NCBI GenBank assembly: GCA_963741945.1
Contig: CAVUKA010000006.1
Coordinates: 32,001 to 96,000, forward strand
Source of the DNA: an uncultured Gemmatimonadales bacterium
GTDB taxonomy: Bacteria > Gemmatimonadota > Gemmatimonadetes > Longimicrobiales > RSA9
Reading direction: 5' to 3'
DNA length: 64,000 bases
The notes below the pieces were generated by a model. That model was not told where the DNA came from. It worked only from the letters and a program-made list of their open reading frames with translations, and made no database searches. This document shows positions 1-9,000 of the stretch, piece after piece. Made by a program: the position numbers and the translations under genes. Within the stretch, counting starts at the first letter, position 1. Every line of letters begins with the position of its first letter.

Positions 1-1
1 C

Positions 2-1738
2 GACGACCTCCGGCAGGTCACCCACCGTGTCTACTCCATCCTCGACCGCGACTTCAGCGCCGTCGCCACGGTCGACCGGCACTGGCAGCTGACCTACCTG
101 AACCGCTCCGCCGAGGAGCTGCTCGGGCTCAAGCGCGACCGCGACACCGGCCGCAGCATGCTCCAGGCGCTGCCGCCCAAAGCGATGGAGTCGCCGCTCT
201 GGGACCTCTCCCTGCGCGCGCTGAACCACGGCCAGGGCGGTGCCAGCCGCTTCGTCGAGTCGTGGTCGGGCGAGAACCGGTGGGTGGAAGTCCGGGCGCA
301 CCCCCTCGGCGGCGGCGGCGCCGCGCTCTACGTCCGGGACATCACGGACGAGAAGGAGCGCGAGGAGCGGCTGAAGCGCCACGAGGAGGAAATGCGGGAG
401 GCGCAGAAGCTGGAGTCGATCGGCAGGCTGGCGGGCGGCGTCGCCCACGACTTCAACAACATCCTCATGGCCATCAACGGCCACACCGAGCTGGCGCTGC
501 GCAAGATCGAGGAAGGGCACCCGAGCCGCGACTCCCTGGAAGAGGTGCGGCAGTCCGCCCAGCGCGCCGCCCGCCTCACCCGGCAGCTCCTGACCTACAG
601 CCGGAAGAGCACGCAGCAGCGACGCGCCGTGGACTTCGCCGCCATCGTCGCCGCCCTCGAGTCCAGTCTGCTCCGGCTGGTGGGTGAAGACGTCCACCTG
701 ATCGTCCGTGCGGCACCGGACGTCCCGCCCGTCCTGGCCGACCCCAACCAGCTCGAGCAGATCGTCCTCAACCTCGCCGTCAACGCACGCGACGCCATGC
801 CCCGCGGCGGCACGATCCAGATCGACATCGAGCGACGCAGCCGCATCGAGCAGGACGTGGACGCGCCGGTGGACACTCCGCCGGACGGGTGGGTCCTGTT
901 CTCCGTCCGTGACAGCGGCACGGGCATCCCCGCCGATGTCATGCCCCACATATTCGAGCCCTTCTTCACCACCAAGTCCGACCGCACCGGGACCGGGCTC
1001 GGCCTCTCCACCGTCCAGGGGATCGTCCGCCAGCATGGCGGCGCCATCTCCGTCCAGAGCGTCGAAGGCCGCGGCTCGACCATGTGCATCTACCTTCCCG
1101 CCTGCGCACGCACCCTCGCCGCGGCGCGGAACGCCACGGGGCAGACCGCCGCGTCCGCCCCCATGGGACTCCACGCCTCGCTGCCGCCGATTCCTCCCGG
1201 GCCGGAAGCAGGGACGCCCGACACCGGCGCGGCGGAAGCCCACGGCGCCCGCGCGGGGAACGGCGCGAAGAAGGCGGCCGGGGCGGGCTCGGGCCGGTCG
1301 AAGCCGGCGAGCCGGACGGCGAAGGCGGCCGCCGCGGAGCGCCGGGCGACGATCCTGGTCGCCGAAGACGAAGCGCAGGTCCGACAGTTCATCGCCGCCA
1401 CCCTGGAGGACGAGGGCTACCGTGTGATCCCCGCGAGCAACGGGGCCGAGGCGCTCGCGGTCATGAAGCGCCATGATGGCCCCGTGGACCTCCTGCTCAC
1501 GGACGTGGTCATGCCGTTCATGGGCGGCCCCGAGCTCTCCATCCGCCTCACGAAGCTCGACGACCGCCTCAGGGTGGTCTACATGTCCGGGTACGCGGAG
1601 AACGTCCTCAACCAGAACGGCGACATCCCCTCTGGCGTGGTGCTCCTCGACAAGCCGTTCACCGCCAGCCGGCTCATCGAGGTCATCGACGACGTGCTGG
1701 CCGGTCGGGTCACCGCCGCACCCTGCCTCATCGGCTGA
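2..1738 (+). CDS. Hybrid sensor histidine kinase/response regulator (PAS-HisKA-HATPase-REC), 5'-truncated by the window edge
   Basis: Frame is open from nt 2 (PAS-like LTYLNRSAEELLG). H-box AGGVAHDFNN, N-box QIVLNLAVNARDAM, DSGTG/FEPFFTTK/GTGLGL, and C-terminal receiver (ILVAEDE, LLLTDVVMP, KPF). Confidence 0.95.
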   Translation, partial: DDLRQVTHRVYSILDRDFSAVATVDRHWQLTYLNRSAEELLGLKRDRDTGRSMLQALPPKAMESPLWDLSLRALNHGQGGASRFVESWSGENRWVEVRAHPLGGGGAALYVRDITDEKEREERLKRHEEEMREAQKLESIGRLAGGVAHDFNNILMAINGHTELALRKIEEGHPSRDSLEEVRQSAQRAARLTRQLLTYSRKSTQQRRAVDFAAIVAALESSLLRLVGEDVHLIVRAAPDVPPVLADPNQLEQIVLNLAVNARDAMPRGGTIQIDIERRSRIEQDVDAPVDTPPDGWVLFSVRDSGTGIPADVMPHIFEPFFTTKSDRTGTGLGLSTVQGIVRQHGGAISVQSVEGRGSTMCIYLPACARTLAAARNATGQTAASAPMGLHASLPPIPPGPEAGTPDTGAAEAHGARAGNGAKKAAGAGSGRSKPASRTAKAAAAERRATILVAEDEAQVRQFIAATLEDEGYRVIPASNGAEALAVMKRHDGPVDLLLTDVVMPFMGGPELSIRLTKLDDRLRVVYMSGYAENVLNQNGDIPSGVVLLDKPFTASRLIEVIDDVLAGRVTAAPCLIG

Positions 1739-1898
1739 GTCCACGCCGACGGTGCCGCAGTAAAGGGGTGTGACACCGGCGCTCCGCCCGGCCCCCGCCC
1801 ATCTACTGGACGGGGCCCGCGCGGTGGCATACCGTGAAGCGCGGAGCGGGATGGCGGCTGAAGAGCTGCCGGTTCACCGACACACGCGGGGGTGCGCG

Positions 1899-3236
1899 AT
1901 GGGTGGCAGCGAGAGCGGGGACCGCCGGGCCGCGGCGCTGGGCATCATGGCCCTCGTGGCAGCGCTGGCGGTCTCGCCGGCGTCATCGCAGGACGCGCTC
2001 CCCGCGTCGCCCGCAGCCGAGCCGGTGGTCCACGCGCTGCTCTTCTATTCGCCGGGCTGCCCGCACTGCCGGGAAGTGATCGAGGACCATCTCCCGGGGA
2101 TCGTGCAGCGGTACGGTGACCGGCTGCGTATTGCGGCCGTGGACGTGACCACTCCCGGCGGCCAGTCCCTGTATGAGGCCACCGTCCTGCACTTCAACCT
2201 GCCGCGTCAGCGGATCGGCGTCCCGACCATGGTGGTGGGCTCCACTGTGCTCGTCGGCTCGCTCGAGATCCCCACCACGCTCCCCGCTCTCGTGGAGCAG
2301 GGGCTGGCAAACGGTGGTGTGGACTGGCCGCAGGTGGCCCTGGTCCGAGAAGCGCTCGCGGCTGAAACCGCCCCGGCCCCCGCGCCCCCCGCCACGGCCC
2401 CGCCGTCCGAGACCGCGCGGGCGGCCTCCCCGCCGGCGACGGTGGCCGTGGACCCGGCCCCGGACCGGGCACGGCCAGCGCCAGCCCCAGCCACCGCAAG
2501 AGAGACGGCGGCCGAAACGCCGCCCGGGCCGGCCGTCGAGACGGGTCCCGAAACGCCTCGCGAGTCGGCCGTCGAGATGGCTCCCGAAACGCCGCTCGAG
2601 GCGGCTGTCGAAACGCTTCCCGGGCCCGCGACACGAGGAGTGACCACGCTGGAATCGGCCGCGCACGCGGCCGTGCCGGCGCTCTCGCTGAGCGCCCGCT
2701 TCCTCCAGGACCCGGTCGGGAACTCCGCGGCCGTGATCACGCTGCTCCTTCTCGTGGCGGCGCTGGCGGTGGGCGCGTCCCCGCTCTTCGGCCGGACCGC
2801 CACGCTCCCCCCGCTTCCCCGCTGGGTGACGCCCGTCCTGGCCGCCGCTGGAATGGCCGTGGCCGCGTACCTGGCGTTCGTGGAAGTGACGGGCGCGGAA
2901 GCGGTGTGCGGCCCGGTGGGCGACTGCAACACGGTGCAGCAGAGCGAGTTCGCCCGGCTCTTCGGCGTGCCCATCGGCGTTCTCGGGATGGCCGCCTACG
3001 CCGCGCTCCTCCTCGGCTGGACCGCGGGCGAAGTCTCCAGCGGGCCCTGGAACCGGATGGCACCGCTCGCGCTCTGGGGAATGGCGCTGCTGGCCACGCT
3101 CTTCTCCACCTACCTCACGTTCCTCGAGCCGTTCGTCATCGGCGCCACCTGCGCCTGGTGCCTCTCATCCGCGCTGATCGCCGGATCCATCCTGCTGGCG
3201 ACCACCGGTCGGGTGCCGGCGCGGGCGCGGGTCTGA
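1899..3236 (+). CDS. Exported thioredoxin-like domain (CPHC) + Pro/Ala-rich linker + vitamin K epoxide reductase (VKOR) domain
   Basis: Signal-like N-terminus; FYSPGCPHC and GVPT cis-Pro loop; VKOR cysteines CGPVGDC and CAWC with TM helices. Start uncertain (track ORF starts at 1770). Confidence 0.88.
   Translation: MGGSESGDRRAAALGIMALVAALAVSPASSQDALPASPAAEPVVHALLFYSPGCPHCREVIEDHLPGIVQRYGDRLRIAAVDVTTPGGQSLYEATVLHFNLPRQRIGVPTMVVGSTVLVGSLEIPTTLPALVEQGLANGGVDWPQVALVREALAAETAPAPAPPATAPPSETARAASPPATVAVDPAPDRARPAPAPATARETAAETPPGPAVETGPETPRESAVEMAPETPLEAAVETLPGPATRGVTTLESAAHAAVPALSLSARFLQDPVGNSAAVITLLLLVAALAVGASPLFGRTATLPPLPRWVTPVLAAAGMAVAAYLAFVEVTGAEAVCGPVGDCNTVQQSEFARLFGVPIGVLGMAAYAALLLGWTAGEVSSGPWNRMAPLALWGMALLATLFSTYLTFLEPFVIGATCAWCLSSALIAGSILLATTGRVPARARV
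2531..2627 (+). repeat. In-frame 36-bp tandem repeat (about 2.7 copies; AVETGPETPRES / AVEMAPETPLEA / AVETLPGP) in the Trx-VKOR linker
   Basis: ggccgtcgag-like units start at 2531, 2567 and 2603. Confidence 0.75.
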
Positions 3237-3250
3237 CCCCGGCGGGGTCA
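3234..3250. terminator. Short perfect inverted repeat joining two convergent stop codons; possible bidirectional hairpin
   Basis: TGACCCC-GGC-GGGGTCA; no U-tract. Confidence 0.3.
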
Positions 3251-3742
3251 GGCTGTCGCCCGCTCCTCGGCCGCGCCTCCGGATCGGCGCCCGGCGGCCT
3301 CGACGGCGTCCAGGATCTTGGTATAGCCCGTGCACCGGCACAGGTTGCCCGACAGCGCTGCCCGGATCTCGTCGCGGGTCGGGGAGGTGGCGCGCTGCAG
3401 GAGCGCCACGGCGGACATGAGGATGCCGGGCGTGCAGAAGCCGCACTGGGCCGCGCCGTGCTCCGCGAACGCCTGCTGGAGCGGGTGCAGCCCTTCCGGC
3501 CCCGCGAGCCCCTCCACGGTCGTCACATCGCGGCCTTCCGCTTCCAGCGCGGGCGTGATGCACGAGAGCGTGGGCCGGCCATCCATCAGGATGGTGCAGG
3601 CGCCGCAGTCGCCTTTGTCGCACCCCTGCTTCGACCCGGTGAGGCCGAGGCCGTAGCGGAGCGCTTCCAGGAGAGTCCAGTGCGACGGGACGCCGATCTC
3701 GCGATGGTCGCCGTTCACGCGCACGGTCAGGAGGGAAAACAT
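3248..3742 (-). CDS. 2x[2Fe-2S] small subunit of the xanthine/aldehyde/CO dehydrogenase family (CoxS-like)
   Basis: GSKQGCDKGDCGACT, QCGFCTPG, GNLCRCTGY. Confidence 0.95.
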   Translation of the reverse strand: MFSLLTVRVNGDHREIGVPSHWTLLEALRYGLGLTGSKQGCDKGDCGACTILMDGRPTLSCITPALEAEGRDVTTVEGLAGPEGLHPLQQAFAEHGAAQCGFCTPGILMSAVALLQRATSPTRDEIRAALSGNLCRCTGYTKILDAVEAAGRRSGGAAEERATA

Positions 3743-3778
3743 GGGGTAACACTACCCGGGCATCGCGTCGAGGGTCAA
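3743..3778 (-). promoter_or_regulatory. Putative sigma70 promoter giving a leaderless mRNA for the 2Fe-2S gene
   Basis: TTGACC-N18-TAGTGT-N6-ATG, no Shine-Dalgarno. Confidence 0.55.
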
Positions 3779-3891
3779 GGCGGCCTCTCCCACCGCCGCG
3801 CGAAGAGCCCGGCAGGGCCGCGTGTTTGACGGCCGTCCGGTCACCCGGGCATCTTCCGGCCCAACCAGGGGGTGTTGATGGGAAATCAGGG

Positions 3892-4515
3892 ATGACCACG
3901 GAAGTCGCGGGCGTGGTGCTCGCCGCAGGCCGATCCAGGCGGATGGGCCATCCGAAAGCGCTGCTGCACGTGGGCGGCCGCACGTTCATCACGGCGGCGG
4001 TGGAAGCATTGCGCGCCGGCGGGTGCGCGGCCGTCGTGGCCGTGGTCGGTGGCGCGGGGCAGGGCGGCTGGACCGCGTTTCCGTGGAGCCGGCAGGTGGA
4101 GGAGGCGGCGGAGGCGGCTGGCGCGATCGTCGTCGTGAACGGGCTGCCGGAGTCGCAGCAGATCCAGTCGTTCCGCCTGGGCCTGGCGCTGCTGCCGCCC
4201 ACGATCACCGGCGCGCTGGCGCTGCCGGTCGACCACCCGCTCGTGACCGCGGCCACGGTGCGGCGGATCCTCGAGGCGCATGAAGCCGACGACGCGGCCA
4301 TCCTCCGCCCTGTCCACGGCGGTCAGCCGGGGCACCCCACGCTCTTCCCGCGCTGGACCTGGGAGATGCTGGGCGATCCCACGCTGCCCGCCGGAGCCCG
4401 GTCTGTGGTGGAATCGCCGCGCACCCACACCCGGGATGTCCCCGTGGACGACCTGGGCGTGCTGGCCGACATCGACACGCCCGAAGCCTACGACGAGTGG
4501 GTGGGCAACGAATGA
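3892..4515 (+). CDS. mocA: Molybdenum cofactor cytidylyltransferase-like nucleotidyltransferase (MocA/MobA family)
   Basis: VVLAAGRSRRMGHPKALL, LPVDHP, GHPTLF, DIDTPEAY; Xdh accessory context. Confidence 0.8.
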   Translation: MTTEVAGVVLAAGRSRRMGHPKALLHVGGRTFITAAVEALRAGGCAAVVAVVGGAGQGGWTAFPWSRQVEEAAEAAGAIVVVNGLPESQQIQSFRLGLALLPPTITGALALPVDHPLVTAATVRRILEAHEADDAAILRPVHGGQPGHPTLFPRWTWEMLGDPTLPAGARSVVESPRTHTRDVPVDDLGVLADIDTPEAYDEWVGNE

Positions 4516-5363
4516 AGGGACCGGCGAGTGGATCGCGACGAATGAGGGCCCGTCGAGCGGGGGTGATCGAAGCCGCCGGTGCCGCGCTGGCCGCCCGGTC
4601 GGGCGAGGGTCCCGCCATCGCCGTGGTCTGGCGAGTCGATGGCGCTGGCGACGGCGACCGCTGGATCGTCACCGGCGACGATCCCGGTCGGGCGCTCCAC
4701 GCCCCCGGCGGCGTCGACGCTGGCGTGGATCCCGAAGCCACCGCCGCGATTGCTCTCGCCGCCGAGCTCATGGCGTCCGGCCAGGCCGTGGGCACCGCCG
4801 AGCCGGGGGACGGGTCGCGCCTGTTCGGAGAGCTGCACCGGGCCACGGCCCGCCTGCTCGTGGTGGGCGCGGGCCACATCGGTCTCGCGCTGACCCGCCT
4901 GGCCGTGACGCTCGGCTTCCACGTGGTCGTGCTGGACGACCGCGAGGAGTTCGCCAGTGAAGAGCGGTTCCCCGACGCCTCGGAAGTCCGGCGCGTCGAC
5001 TTTGCCGATCCGTTCCGCGACACACCGCCGAGCGCGTCCGACTACGTCGTCCTGGTCACGCGGGCACACCGCTACGACTACGATTGCCTGCTGCACCTCG
5101 TGGACACGGAGACGCTGCCACGCTACATCGGAATGGTGGGGAGTCGGCGCCGCGTGCGCGCTGCGTACGGCGCGCTGCTGGAATCTGGGATCCCGCGCGA
5201 GCGACTGGCGGCGATCCACGCACCCATCGGCGTGGACATCGGTGCGGAGACCCCCGAGGAGATCGCGGTCTCCATCGCCGCCGAGCTGATAGCGGCGAGG
5301 CGCGGAGTCGAGGCGCACGGGTCGCTGCGGGAGATCGAGAAGGTCGTGGCGCGATGGCTATGA
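4512..5363 (+). CDS. XdhC family maturation protein, C-terminal Rossmann-like domain only
   Basis: LLVVGAGHIG, VLDDREEF, YIGMVGSRRR, APIGVDIGAETPEEIAVSIAAELI; ATGA overlap with mocA. Confidence 0.9.
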   Translation: MKGPASGSRRMRARRAGVIEAAGAALAARSGEGPAIAVVWRVDGAGDGDRWIVTGDDPGRALHAPGGVDAGVDPEATAAIALAAELMASGQAVGTAEPGDGSRLFGELHRATARLLVVGAGHIGLALTRLAVTLGFHVVVLDDREEFASEERFPDASEVRRVDFADPFRDTPPSASDYVVLVTRAHRYDYDCLLHLVDTETLPRYIGMVGSRRRVRAAYGALLESGIPRERLAAIHAPIGVDIGAETPEEIAVSIAAELIAARRGVEAHGSLREIEKVVARWL

Positions 5364-5665
5364 CCGCACATCGTGCGGAGAAGGCGCGAAGGGCGCGGAG
5401 AACGGCATCTCACGCGGAAGCGCGGAGAACGTCGAAACGGCAATCACGCGGAGGCGCGGAGAACGCGGAGGGATCGTGGGCTGCGCGGGATGAGGGCGCC
5501 ATGGAAGCTGCCGGGGCAGACCATTTTCTGTATTGTCCCTCGAGCCCCGCGGGGCGAGCGGACTATCCGGCCCACGCACCTGAGGCCCCCTTCGCGCCCT
5601 CCGCAGCTCCGCATGACCCGGTGTTCTCCGCGTGCTTCGACCGCTTCGCGCCTCCGCGGTGCCGG
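5364..5665. repeat. Intergenic REP/MITE-like element: direct copies of (CAC)GCGGAGGCGCGGAGAACG on the left and inverted copies on the right
   Basis: Direct units at about 5393-5404, 5411-5431 and 5445-5470. Reverse-complement units at about 5588-5660 (cttcgcgccctccgc, gttctccgcgtg, cttcgcgcctccgcggtg). Confidence 0.65.
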
Positions 5666-5691
5666 CGTGTTCGCGTGATCAGGAGGGCCGC

Positions 5692-6033
5692 GTGAGCGGA
5701 AGGGACCCGGACGTGACGGTGTACGCGGCGCTGCTGGCGGCGGCGGCGGCGGGGCGGCGAGTCGCGCTGGCCACGGTGGTGGAAACGCGCGGGTCGGTCC
5801 CGCGTCGGGCGGGTAGCAAGATGGTGGTGGACCCGGAGGCGGGGCTGGTGGGGACGATCGGGGGCGGGTGCGGCGAGGGGGATGTGCTGGAAGCGGCCAT
5901 GGAAGTGCTGACCAATGGTCGTCCGAGGACGGTCCTGGTTCGGCTGACGGACCCGGAGGAGTCGTGGAGCCCCGCCGTGTGCGGGGGAATCATGCACGTA
6001 TACGTGGAGCCGGTACAACCGGATGTGGCGTAG
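5692..6033 (+). CDS. XdhC/CoxI N-terminal domain as a stand-alone protein
   Basis: ALATVVETRGSVPRRAGSKM, GTIGGGCGE, VCGGIMHVYVEP; AGGAGG before GTG 5692. Confidence 0.9.
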   Translation: MSGRDPDVTVYAALLAAAAAGRRVALATVVETRGSVPRRAGSKMVVDPEAGLVGTIGGGCGEGDVLEAAMEVLTNGRPRTVLVRLTDPEESWSPAVCGGIMHVYVEPVQPDVA

Positions 6034-7252
6034 ATACAATGCGTTCCTGGTACGGCCGCCCGAGTTGACGGTGGCGTGGCAGGACAGCGAGACGAGCGCG
6101 CGTGGATGGCTGGTGATCAGCTCACTGCGCGGCGGCGCGGCGGGTGGCGGCACGCGCATGCGGGCCGGGGCGAACCCACGGGAAGTGGGCTACCTGGCCA
6201 AGACCATGGAGCTGAAGTTCGCGCTGGCGGGGCCGCCCATCGGGGGCGCCAAGTCGGCCATCGACTTCGATCCCCGCGACCCGGGCAAGGCGGGCGTGCT
6301 GGAGCGCTGGTTCGCCGCCATCGCGCCGCACCTGCGTGAGCGGTACGGCACCGGGGGCGACCTCAACGTGGACGAGGTGGTGGAAGTCATCCCCATGATC
6401 CAGTCGCTGGGGATCGCGCATCCCCAGGCCGGGATCGTACGGGGGCATTTCCAGCTGGACGACCACGCCTTTGCCCGCGTGATCGCGAACCTCGACCGGG
6501 GCGTCGAAGCGCCTGTGCACCAGGCCGTGGGCATTGCCGGCATCGAGCGCAGCGTGGCCGACCTCATCACCGGGTACGGCGTCGCCCGCTCGGTGATCGA
6601 GTACTACGACCGGATCGGCAGGAAGCTGGACGGCGCGCGCGTCACGCTGGAAGGCTTCGGCAACGTGGGCGCCGCGGCGGCGCTCTACCTCGCCCGCGAG
6701 GGCGCGCTGCTGGTGGGCGTGACCGACGCGGAGAAGGGGCTGTTCCCGGGCGAAGGGCTGGATGCCGCCGGGGTCGAGTCGCTGATCCGCAGCGGGCCCG
6801 ACCGGCTGCTCCCCGACGACGATCGCTGCGTCCGCGGCGACGGCCGCGAACAGCTTTTCGACACGCCTGCGGACATCTTCGTCTGCGCGGCCGCGTCCGG
6901 CACCCTCACGGACGAGCGCCTCGAGCGCCTCGTCGCCGCGGGCGTGAAGGTGATGTCGTGCGGCGCCAACCAGCCGTTCCGCGAGCGACAGCTCGGCTCC
7001 ACGCGCGTGCACCGGATCGCGGACGCGCGTTTCGCGCTGATCCCCGACTTCCTGGCGAACCTGGGCATGGCGCGCACGTTCAGCTACCTCATGGAGGTGG
7101 ACGCGAAGCCGGAGTCCGAAGCGGTGTTCTCCGCCGTGGACCAGACCATTGCCACGGGCGTGGACGAGATGCTGTCGCGCGCGAACCGTCCGGACCGTGA
7201 CCTCATGGCCGCCACGCTCGGACTGGCCCTGGACCGGATCGGCGCCGATTGA
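6023..7252 (+). CDS. Glu/Leu/Phe/Val dehydrogenase family protein
   Basis: GGGTR, TMELKF, GGAKS, TGYGV, EGFGNVG, CGANQP, IPDFLANLG. Confidence 0.88.
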   Translation: MWRRYNAFLVRPPELTVAWQDSETSARGWLVISSLRGGAAGGGTRMRAGANPREVGYLAKTMELKFALAGPPIGGAKSAIDFDPRDPGKAGVLERWFAAIAPHLRERYGTGGDLNVDEVVEVIPMIQSLGIAHPQAGIVRGHFQLDDHAFARVIANLDRGVEAPVHQAVGIAGIERSVADLITGYGVARSVIEYYDRIGRKLDGARVTLEGFGNVGAAAALYLAREGALLVGVTDAEKGLFPGEGLDAAGVESLIRSGPDRLLPDDDRCVRGDGREQLFDTPADIFVCAAASGTLTDERLERLVAAGVKVMSCGANQPFRERQLGSTRVHRIADARFALIPDFLANLGMARTFSYLMEVDAKPESEAVFSAVDQTIATGVDEMLSRANRPDRDLMAATLGLALDRIGAD

Positions 7253-8310
7253 GCATCCGGCTCCTCGTGGGCACACGGCGGGGCCTGTTCCTCGCCGCGT
7301 CCGAACACCGCCTGGACTGGTCGATCGAGGGGCCGTACCTGGAAGGCCGGGAAGTCTACCACGCGATCCGCGACGCCCGCACGGGTGCGCTCTGGGTGGC
7401 CACCGATCACAAGGTGTGGGGGGCGCACGTCCATCGGAGTGACGACGGGGGCCGCAGCTGGGATCTCCTGGATGCGGCCCCCCACCATGCCGACGAGCGA
7501 GGGCTGAAGGCCATCTGGTACCTGGCGCCCGGCCCGCCCGACGAGCCGGAGACGCTCTGGGCTGGAATCGAGCCAGCGGGGCTCTTCGTCAGCCGCGACG
7601 CCGGGCGGAGCTGGGCGGGCGTGTCGTCGCTGAACGACCACCCCACGAACGAAACGTGGCAGCCGGCCGGCGGCGGGCTCGCGCTCGGCAACATACAGCA
7701 CGACCCATCCGACCCGCGCCGCATCTACTGCTCGCTGTCGGCAGGGGGCGTGTACCGCTCGGACGACGCCGGCGCGAGCTGGCGACCGGTGAACCAGGGC
7801 GTCCGCTGCGACTTCCAGCCCCGGCAGTACCCGGAGACGGGGCAGTGCGTGCACCGGCTGCGCGTGCACCCGGCCATGCCCGCGCGGCTGTACCAGCAGA
7901 ACCACTGCGGCGTCTACCGCTCGGACGACCGGGGCGAGAGCTGGACGGAGATCACGGACGGGCTGCCGAGCGATTTCGGCTATGGCCTGGCCCTGGACCC
8001 GCGCGATCCGGACACCGCGTTCGTCATCCCGGAGGAGTCCAGCCACATGCGGGCGACGGTGGGTGGGAAGCTCCGCGTCTACCGCACCACCGACGCGGGC
8101 GCCGGCTGGGAGGCGCTGACGCGGGGGCTGCCACAGGAGCACGCGTACATCTCCGTCCTCCGCGATGCCATGGCCGACGACGACCTCGATCCCGCAGGCG
8201 TCTATTTCGGCACCACCAGCGGGCACCTCTTCGCCAGCCGGGACGGCGGCGAGGAGTGGAGCCTCGTGGCCGGCTTCCTCCCGAAGATCCTCTGCGTAAC
8301 GGTGGCATGA
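7249..8310 (+). CDS. BNR/Asp-box beta-propeller protein (sialidase-like fold)
   Basis: Repeated S/T-x-D-x-G-x-S/T-W boxes; QQNHCGVYRSDD; TTGA overlap with the upstream gene. Confidence 0.85.
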   Translation: MSIRLLVGTRRGLFLAASEHRLDWSIEGPYLEGREVYHAIRDARTGALWVATDHKVWGAHVHRSDDGGRSWDLLDAAPHHADERGLKAIWYLAPGPPDEPETLWAGIEPAGLFVSRDAGRSWAGVSSLNDHPTNETWQPAGGGLALGNIQHDPSDPRRIYCSLSAGGVYRSDDAGASWRPVNQGVRCDFQPRQYPETGQCVHRLRVHPAMPARLYQQNHCGVYRSDDRGESWTEITDGLPSDFGYGLALDPRDPDTAFVIPEESSHMRATVGGKLRVYRTTDAGAGWEALTRGLPQEHAYISVLRDAMADDDLDPAGVYFGTTSGHLFASRDGGEEWSLVAGFLPKILCVTVA

Positions 8311-8379
8311 GGTCGGGCGACCGGAGCGGCAGCCACGGGCTGTTCCGCCCGGCCGGGGCCACCGGAACCGCGGGGCCTG

Positions 8380-9000
8380 CTACAGCCGCTGTGTCTCGTC
8401 CTTGCGGAGTCCGTCAATGGCCTTCTGGAGCGCGGCCTTGCGCTCCTTGAGCCCTTCGCGGTACTCCTGTCGGTCGGTGTCGGTGATCTCCATGCGGAGG
8501 TCCGACAGAGCGGTCTCCAGCGTTTCCACCACGAGTTCCGTCTCCCGGTCCGTCAGCTCGCCCCGGATCATGGTGCCTCCTCCGTCGCGGTTCTCGAGAT
8601 AGAGGCGGGAGCACAGCGAGCCGGCCCGCGCGGCGGGCCGCAATCCCTCCGCCCCGCCCCACCTCCAGTCTACGTAGCGCGTGACCTCCGGGTCACGCCC
8701 GATCACGGCAGGCTCACCATGCATTATGCGCGCCTCGTAGAGTCTCATCTCGAGGCGGTACCGCTCGCGCTCCAGCGATCCCTCCCGGAGCACGGCCCCG
8801 GGCTCCACCTCCAGGCCGAGCTTGTCCCGGGCGGCGCGGCGGACCGCGTCCTCCCACCCTTCCTGGGTTCGCAGCGATGCGGCCGGCAGCCCCCAGGCAT
8901 GGGGGAGCTCGTCGTCGTCCGGCGGGCGCCGGATCTGGAGGACGCGGCCATCCTCGAGGTGGATGGCGACGGAGACGGAGCGCTTGACCGGTCGGCTCAC
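8380..9000 (-). CDS. Degenerate NUDIX-fold protein reading in-frame into a small helical protein (internal start at 8571)
   Basis: VLQIRRP...WGLPAASL...AVRRAARDKLGL. GTGA overlap with the upstream gene. GGAGGAGG precedes an internal ATG at 8571. Confidence 0.65.
   Translation of the reverse strand: MSRPVKRSVSVAIHLEDGRVLQIRRPPDDDELPHAWGLPAASLRTQEGWEDAVRRAARDKLGLEVEPGAVLREGSLERERYRLEMRLYEARIMHGEPAVIGRDPEVTRYVDWRWGGAEGLRPAARAGSLCSRLYLENRDGGGTMIRGELTDRETELVVETLETALSDLRMEITDTDRQEYREGLKERKAALQKAIDGLRKDETQRL

Noticed and set aside
5364..5665. CRISPR array or small CDS in the repeat region
   Set aside because: The repeats are degenerate, irregularly spaced and in both orientations, with no cas genes. 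The ORFs here merely translate the repeats.
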